Source: Raja brachyura
Lineage: Eukaryota
Assembly: GCA_963514005.1 (NCBI GenBank)
Contig: OY740798.1
Location: forward strand, 44,640,001 to 44,704,000
Direction: 5' to 3'
Length of the DNA: 64,000 nt
The translations under genes were made by a program, and so were the position numbers. A model generated the notes under the pieces. The model searched no databases and was not told where the DNA came from. It saw nothing but the letters and a program-made list of their open reading frames with translations. Shown here piece by piece: positions 62,001 to 64,000 of the stretch; position 1 is the first letter of the stretch; each line of letters starts with the position of its first letter.

Positions 62001-63813
62001 AGGAGAGGGTGAGGCACAGGATCAAGGTGAAGTCATAATACGGTAGAGAGCACAACAGGCCCTTCAACCCAGCCACCATGTCCAAGTCGACTATTTTCCC
62101 CACCTACACTTGTCCTATTTGCCCTCATAGGTTATATCTTCCATAGCGTGCCTATTTAAGTGCCTTTTAAAATAGCTCTTAAATATAGTGACTTCATCTG
62201 ATTCTATCACTTCCTCTGGCAGCATGTTCCAGAAATCAACTGTCACTGTCTGTGTAAAAGTACCTACCCCTCAGCACCCTTTAAAACTCCTTCCTCCACT
62301 TTAAATCCATACAGGTATTGGTTTCTTATTGTCACGTGTACCACGATATAGTGATAAACTTTGTTTCGCATGTTGTCCAGGCAAATCATGTCATACCATA
62401 CACACGTAATTGGTGACCAGCAGTAACAGTCTCCAAATGAGGGTCAACAGTTCAAGGAAGAGATCTACTCCAGAGGGTGTTGAATCTTTGGAATTTACCA
62501 GCCAAGGAAGCTTGATCATCAAGTATATTCAAGATGGGATCGATGATTCTTTGGATATTAAGGTCACGTGATAGGAGCAGAATTAGGCCATTCAGCCCAT
62601 TCAATCATGGCTGATTTATTTTTCCCTCCTAACCCCATTCTCCTGCCTTTTCCCCCATAACCCCTGACACCCATACTAGTCAAGAATCTATCTATCTCTG
62701 TCTTAAAAATATTCATTGACTTGGCCTCCACTACCTTCTGTGGCAATGAATTCCACAGATTCACCACCCTCTGACAAAATAAATTCCTCCTCATCTCCTT
62801 CGTAAAGAAACATCCTTGAATTCCAAGGCTATGACCTGTGGTCCCAGACTCTCCCACTAGTTGAAACGTCCTCTCCACATCCACTCCATCCATGCCTTTC
62901 ACGATTTATATATGGCATGATTTGCCTGGTCAACACACAAAACAAGGTTTTTCACTGTATCTTTACACACGTGACACGTAAAGAAATCAAGGTATTACAG
63001 TCTGTGCAGGAGGAGCTACATTGTGGGGACAGCACCTTGGGCACGAGGGGCCAAATGGCCTACTTCTATTTCTTGTGTTCTCAAAGATAATTTACTGGCT
63101 GAACTTCCATCGGATCAGCAGAGAACCGGTTCACTGATCATGAAATACTATGTAAGAATGGTCAATTCATGGGGGAACATAAATATCTCAGAACAAGCTG
63201 GTTCTTTCTTTTCTTTGGACAGATTTTTTAAATTCTCAGCATCAGTACATAGAATGGTTTTGCACAGGAACAGGCCCTTTGGCCCACAATGTCCGTGCCA
63301 AGTATGATGGCAAGAAAAACTAATCTCACCTGCCATCACGTAATCCATATTCCTCCATTCCCTGCATATCCATATGTCTATCCAAAAGCCTGTTAAATGC
63401 CACTATCTGCCTCCACCACCACCTCTGGCAAAGCATTCGAGGCACATATGACTCTGCATAAAACATTCACCCCACCCATCTCCTTTAAACTTTGCCGCTC
63501 TCACCTTAAAGCTATGCCCTCTTGTCTTTAACATTTCCACACTGCATAAAAAGGTTCTGCCCTACCTTAGCATAAAAGAAGGCTTGCTTGAAGAGTGCAG
63601 TTTTGACTTTAGCCAATCTAGCCCACAGTTATTTAATGTTGTTCTTACGGTTTTCAATGCTAATGGCGCAGGGATCTTCCAGATGGTCTGATACAGAGCG
63701 GCAGCTATGCTGGGCCTTCCAAGTGTTGGCAAATGGTGCAGCCGTGCCCTCGATCAATCCGTTACTTGCCTTGAAGTCATCCTGCAGAATGTCGTTAAAA
63801 TTCCCACAGAAAC
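1129..63813 (-). CDS. MUC2-like: Gel-forming mucin, MUC2-like (multi-exon gene, 32 exons visible, incomplete at both ends): VWD2(end)-C8-TIL-D'-VWD3-C8-TIL-E-CysD-PTS-VWD4-C8-VWC
   Basis: 32 exons with AG acceptors and GT donors (one probable GC) splice in continuous frame. Motifs include [24 protein letters not shown], a CysD with WSKW and a large Thr/Ser/Pro exon. The C-terminal exons ([11 protein letters not shown]|[12 protein letters not shown]; [10 protein letters not shown]; [10 protein letters not shown]) closely follow the human MUC2 sequence as I recall it. Confidence 0.93.
1399..1420 (+). pseudogene. 22-nt U2 snRNA 5'-end fragment
   Basis: atcgcttctcggccttgtggct vs the U2 5' end ATCGCTTCTCGGCCTTTTGGCT (21/22). 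Confidence 0.6.
1599..1721 (-). CDS. Mucin exon: VWC ([41 protein letters not shown])
   Basis: catag acceptor, gtaat donor; 123 nt, phase 0-0. Confidence 0.9.
1814..1854 (-). CDS. Mucin micro-exon ([14 protein letters not shown])
   Basis: catag acceptor, gtaag donor; 41 nt, phase 1-0. Confidence 0.87.
2043..2632 (-). mobile_element. Penelope-like element fragment with a 14-bp target-site duplication, nested in a LINE tail
   Basis: TSD cagttatctgtctg at 2029-2042 and 2633-2646; GC-rich ORF 2138..2587; ends in the same gaagaagggtctcgacccgaaacgtc...gctgag...ctccagc tail seen in the other PLE copies. Confidence 0.75.
2981..3081 (+). mobile_element. Tc1/mariner terminal inverted-repeat fragment inserted at TA within a SINE
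   Basis: ta|cagtggcttgcaaaagttttcataccccttgaacttttccacattttgtcacgttac is a typical Tc1 CAGTG end. Confidence 0.7.
4430..4622 (-). mobile_element. tRNA-derived SINE (HE1/V-SINE-like)
   Basis: Reverse strand reads gggtggcacgatggcgcagcggtagagttgctgcc...gggctcgatcc (A and B boxes), followed by the conserved body shared with other copies. Confidence 0.75.
5495..5826 (+). mobile_element. CR1/HER1-type LINE 3' end
   Basis: [12 protein letters not shown]...[15 protein letters not shown]-terminus followed by 3'UTR and tttctatg tail. Confidence 0.85.
6130..6234 (-). CDS. Mucin exon ([35 protein letters not shown])
   Basis: tccag acceptor, gtaag donor; 105 nt, phase 1-1. Confidence 0.9.
6540..6836 (-). 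mobile_element. tRNA-derived SINE (HE1-like)
   Basis: Same body as 4430-4622 and 50537-50840. Confidence 0.75.
8446..8623 (-). CDS. Mucin exon: VWC-type ([28 protein letters not shown]...DDCCTKPVC)
   Basis: gctag acceptor, gtaag donor; 178 nt, phase 0-1. Confidence 0.92.
10027..10312 (-). mobile_element. Structured non-autonomous retroelement with (ATG)n tail (RTE-like?), nested in a SINE
   Basis: GC-rich with several hairpins; catcatcat at the left end; interrupts SINE sequence at about 9960-10550. Confidence 0.45.
10841..10872 (-). CDS. Mucin micro-exon ([11 protein letters not shown])
   Basis: tacag acceptor, gtatg donor; 32 nt, phase 1-0. Confidence 0.88.
11010..11110 (-). CDS. Mucin exon ([34 protein letters not shown])
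   Basis: ccaag acceptor, gtaaa donor; 101 nt, phase 2-1. Confidence 0.9.
11264..11336 (-). CDS. Mucin exon ([25 protein letters not shown])
   Basis: tacag acceptor, gttag donor; 73 nt, phase 1-2. Confidence 0.88.
12429..12607 (-). CDS. Mucin exon: C8-4 ([23 protein letters not shown]...[28 protein letters not shown])
   Basis: tctag acceptor, gtaag donor; 179 nt, phase 2-1. Confidence 0.93.
13140..14500 (-). mobile_element. Degenerate CR1-type LINE ORF2 fragments
   Basis: ORF 13381..13686 contains [11 protein letters not shown]...[19 protein letters not shown] (RT motif). Confidence 0.8.
14573..14798 (-). CDS. Mucin exon: VWD4 end ([29 protein letters not shown]...HCELITSK)
   Basis: cttag acceptor, gtaag donor; 226 nt, phase 1-2. 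Confidence 0.92.
15140..15320. mobile_element. Truncated Harbinger-type MITE (left TIR only), followed by a LINE tail to about 15520
   Basis: tta|agggcctgtcccac TIR as in the other MITEs; CpG-rich interior; no right TIR. Confidence 0.6.
15635..15818 (-). CDS. Mucin exon: VWD4 ([16 protein letters not shown]...[10 protein letters not shown])
   Basis: cgcag acceptor, gtaag donor; 184 nt, phase 0-1. Confidence 0.93.
16114..16433. mobile_element. PIF/Harbinger-type MITE with TTA TSD, inserted in a Penelope-like tail
   Basis: TIRs of about 70 bp (agggtctgtcccactttcccgagttactcacaaactctcccgag... / ...ctcgggagagtttgtgagtaactcgggaaagtgggacagggcct); TTA on both sides; removing it restores gctgagttactc. 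Confidence 0.85.
16555..16799 (-). CDS. Mucin exon: VWD4 start ([31 protein letters not shown]...[10 protein letters not shown]...VQNL)
   Basis: cacag acceptor, gtaac donor; 245 nt, phase 1-0. Confidence 0.93.
16958..17262. mobile_element. PIF/Harbinger-type MITE with TTA TSD
   Basis: TIRs agggcctatcccactgtacgaggtaattcaagag... / ...ctcttgaattacctcgtacagtgggaccggccgt; TTA at 16955-57 and 17263-65. Confidence 0.85.
17940..18525 (+). mobile_element. CR1-type LINE 3' fragment
   Basis: [13 protein letters not shown]...[10 protein letters not shown]; [15 protein letters not shown]...RTRGH...VWNEL. Confidence 0.85.
19034..19208 (-). CDS. Mucin exon ([15 protein letters not shown]...[12 protein letters not shown]...CCYHYECGC)
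   Basis: ttcag acceptor, gtaag donor; 175 nt, phase 0-1. Confidence 0.92.
21128..21339 (-). CDS. Mucin exon ([32 protein letters not shown]...[11 protein letters not shown])
   Basis: ttttag acceptor, gtaag donor; 212 nt, phase 1-0. Confidence 0.92.
22001..22260. mobile_element. Penelope-like tail remnants in inverted arrangement
   Basis: Head-to-head copies of the ctgcagatgctgg...gagtaactcag...gagacccttcttcag tail; flanking duplication ttcagcataac. Confidence 0.7.
22437..22678 (-). mobile_element. CR1/HER1-type LINE 3' end
   Basis: [23 protein letters not shown]...[10 protein letters not shown]. Confidence 0.8.
23490..24080 (+). mobile_element. Degenerate CR1-type LINE 3' fragment adjacent to the giant exon donor
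   Basis: aggccacatttggagtattgtgtgcagttct...gcagacgaggtttaccaggatg matches CR1 ORF2 motifs. Confidence 0.7.
24129..40340 (-). CDS. Mucin giant central exon (16,212 nt): CysD, PTS tandem-repeat domain, then [12 protein letters not shown]
   Basis: Lies inside ORF 23923..40368; ccacag acceptor adjoining 40340, gtaag donor adjoining 24129; phase 1-1; no stop codons. Confidence 0.95.
24540..39915 (-). repeat. Coding VNTR: 22 A units (423 bp) and 15 B units (420/423 bp), near-identical copies
   Basis: Periodic antisense ORF starts at 423/843/846/1266-bp spacings; TTTCTTE occurs 22 times and [10 protein letters not shown] 15 times. Confidence 0.95.
40033..40335 (-). other. CysD domain with WxxW (WSKW, 40300..40311) C-mannosylation motif
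   Basis: CDWSKWIS...GGGDIETY...IECRA...[18 protein letters not shown]...[11 protein letters not shown] is the typical CysD pattern. Confidence 0.92.
40663..41188. mobile_element. Harbinger-type MITE (about 525 bp)
   Basis: agggcctgtcccactt... / ...aagtggtacaggggct|tta termini; internal acgacc repeats. Confidence 0.7.
41888..41938 (-). CDS. Mucin small PTS exon ([17 protein letters not shown])
   Basis: ttttctgcag acceptor, gtaag donor; 51 nt, phase 1-1; Ser/Thr/Pro-rich. Confidence 0.8.
42135..42885 (-). mobile_element. CR1-type LINE 3' fragment
   Basis: ORF 42566..42892 ([45 protein letters not shown]). Confidence 0.85.
43371..43464 (-). mobile_element. Short Penelope-like tail insertion with 11-bp TSD, inside a LINE tail
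   Basis: TSD tcaagaatcta at 43360-43370 and 43465-43475. Confidence 0.75.
43974..44165 (-). CDS. Mucin exon ([45 protein letters not shown]...SSSITAST)
   Basis: cacag acceptor, gtaac donor; 192 nt, phase 1-1. Confidence 0.9.
44264..44307 (-). CDS. Mucin micro-exon ([16 protein letters not shown]) with probable GC donor
   Basis: tttttttttcag acceptor; 44 nt, phase 2-1, which is required to join the flanking exons; donor TG|GCAAGT. Confidence 0.82.
45057..45534 (+). mobile_element. Young CR1/HER1-type LINE 3' end nested in an opposite-strand LINE tail (about 44810-45550)
   Basis: Uninterrupted [17 protein letters not shown]...[10 protein letters not shown]; near-identical to 5495-5826; (tttctatg)n tail. 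Confidence 0.85.
45832..45973 (-). CDS. Mucin exon: TIL3/E3 ([33 protein letters not shown]...NNCEKC)
   Basis: cttag acceptor, gtatt donor; 142 nt, phase 1-2. Confidence 0.92.
46230..46840 (-). mobile_element. CR1-type LINE RT fragment
   Basis: FQKAFDK...[19 protein letters not shown]. Confidence 0.85.
46891..47210. mobile_element. Harbinger-type MITE with TTA TSD
   Basis: TIRs tgggcctgttctactttgccgattttttaggcaact... / ...agttgcctacaaaatcgccaagtggaacgggccct; TTA at 46888-90 and 47211-13. Confidence 0.8.
47364..47492 (-). CDS. Mucin exon: TIL3 ([44 protein letters not shown])
   Basis: ttcag acceptor, gtaga donor; 129 nt, phase 1-1. Confidence 0.92.
48802..48982. mobile_element. Penelope-like tail remnants (inverted pair)
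   Basis: Inverted copies of the cccgaaacgtcacccattc tail. Confidence 0.65.
49090..49246 (-). CDS. Mucin exon: C8-3 ([52 protein letters not shown])
   Basis: aacag acceptor, gtaag donor; 157 nt, phase 0-1. Confidence 0.93.
49338..49577 (-). CDS. Mucin exon: VWD3 end/C8-3 start ([17 protein letters not shown]...FGNSWK...DPC...FEICAGK)
   Basis: ccag acceptor, gttgt donor; 240 nt, phase 0-0; CGLCG motif. Confidence 0.93.
49615..49937 (+). mobile_element. Penelope-like element 3' end with GIY-YIG C-terminal remnant and 14-bp TSD
   Basis: Encodes [31 protein letters not shown] (frameshifted), then the shared tail; TSD catatatatctact at 49601-49614 and 49938-49951. Confidence 0.8.
50006..50185 (-). 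CDS. Mucin exon: VWD3 (NFELKLAEG...[31 protein letters not shown])
   Basis: tgcag acceptor, gtatg donor; 180 nt, phase 0-0. Confidence 0.93.
50293..50403 (-). CDS. Mucin exon: VWD3 ([37 protein letters not shown])
   Basis: tgcag acceptor, gtatt donor; 111 nt, phase 0-0. Confidence 0.93.
50537..50840 (+). mobile_element. Near full-length tRNA-derived SINE (HE1/V-SINE-like)
   Basis: ggtggcaccggggtagagttgctgc head, conserved body, LINE-like tail ending taaactaaac. Confidence 0.8.
51270..52112 (+). mobile_element. Degenerate CR1-type LINE 3' fragment
   Basis: ttacagcaggacacagataaatt...tggcagatggagtttaac; [10 protein letters not shown] motif. Confidence 0.75.
52333..52471 (-). CDS. Mucin exon: E'/VWD3 start ([46 protein letters not shown])
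   Basis: Within ORF 52228..52530; ttag acceptor, gtaag donor; 139 nt, phase 2-0. Confidence 0.93.
53596..53747 (-). CDS. Mucin exon: D' ([35 protein letters not shown]...SCNNC)
   Basis: tacag acceptor, gtaac donor; 152 nt, phase 0-2. Confidence 0.92.
53935..54068 (-). mobile_element. Penelope-like tail insertion
   Basis: Same tail as the other copies; flanking ctatgtatg duplication. Confidence 0.7.
57296..57515. mobile_element. Penelope-like tail remnants (inverted pair)
   Basis: Left arm agatagacacaaaatgctggagtaactcag..., right arm ...ctgagttactccagcatt. Confidence 0.7.
57693..57793 (-). CDS. Mucin exon: D' TIL ([34 protein letters not shown])
   Basis: tgcag acceptor, gtaag donor; 101 nt, phase 1-0. 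Confidence 0.9.
57873..57925 (-). CDS. Mucin exon ([18 protein letters not shown])
   Basis: tgcag acceptor, gtaag donor; 53 nt, phase 2-1. Confidence 0.88.
58010..58265 (-). CDS. Mucin exon: TIL2/E2 ([19 protein letters not shown]...DGCGCKEG...CPC)
   Basis: Overlaps ORF 58006..58218; ttttag acceptor, gtaaa donor; 256 nt, phase 1-2. Confidence 0.92.
58458..58672. mobile_element. Penelope-like tail inverted pair containing the best hammerhead motif
   Basis: Arms gaagatagacacaaaaagctggagtaactcagc / gctgagttactccagctttttgtgtctatcttc. Confidence 0.75.
58536..58579 (+). ncRNA. Minimal type-I hammerhead ribozyme motif (PLE-associated)
   Basis: gaatgggt-CTGAAGA-a-a(ggt-ctcg-acc)c-GAAAC-GTC-acccattc: 8-bp stem I, conserved cores, GUC site, loopless stem III. 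Confidence 0.6.
59036..59085. repeat. (TA)n microsatellite, about 25 units
   Basis: Read directly from the sequence. Confidence 0.95.
60314..60440 (-). CDS. Mucin exon: C8-2 ([42 protein letters not shown])
   Basis: cttag acceptor, gtgag donor; 127 nt, phase 0-1; C8 cysteine pattern. Confidence 0.92.
61721..61815 (-). CDS. Mucin exon: C8-2 start ([32 protein letters not shown])
   Basis: tgcag acceptor, gtaag donor; 95 nt, phase 1-0. Confidence 0.9.
62565..62900 (-). mobile_element. CR1/HER1-type LINE 3' end
   Basis: ORF 62564..62902 (TTGHSL...[17 protein letters not shown]). Confidence 0.8.
63649..63813 (-). CDS. Mucin exon: end of VWD2 ([38 protein letters not shown]...DPCAISIEN)
   Basis: ccaag acceptor, gtaag donor; 165 nt, phase 1-1; typical VWD GxCGNF...F.N.W motif. 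Confidence 0.9.
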
Positions 63814-64000
63814 CTTGGAGAAGTAAAATGATAATGTCAACTCCACTGGCCTTTTATGTTGACCTTACAAAAGATGGTAAATGTAGAATAGAAGTACGGA
63901 GAATATGAGGCTCATCAAAAATGAACAGGAAAGTCACATGGGCCCCATTGTAGCATTGGAAATTTATTTGGAAACAGGAAATACTTTGTTTGAAAGCAAA

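Overview
Eukaryotic (vertebrate) genomic DNA, very likely from a cartilaginous fish (skate/ray-type repeat content; this is inference). The whole window lies inside one minus-strand gel-forming mucin gene (MUC2-like with MUC5-like features), which runs off both ends. I reconstructed 32 exons by hand. All are phase-compatible, giving 20,519 coding nt (about 6,840 aa). Domain order: end of VWD2/C8/TIL, D', VWD3/C8/TIL/E, one CysD, a 16.2-kb PTS exon, VWD4/C8, VWC-type domains. The PTS array is built from two homologous ~141-aa units (A, with one Cys; B, with none) in higher-order repeats. VWD4 has GGSH instead of GDPH, and one intron appears to be GC-AG. Introns are packed with CR1-type LINE fragments, tRNA-derived SINEs, Penelope-like element remnants carrying hammerhead-ribozyme cores, Harbinger-type MITEs, a Tc1 end, a U2 snRNA 5' fragment and a templated inverted insertion. 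No prokaryotic systems or CRISPR arrays were seen. Comparisons with human mucins and repeat families are from memory and were not run as searches.
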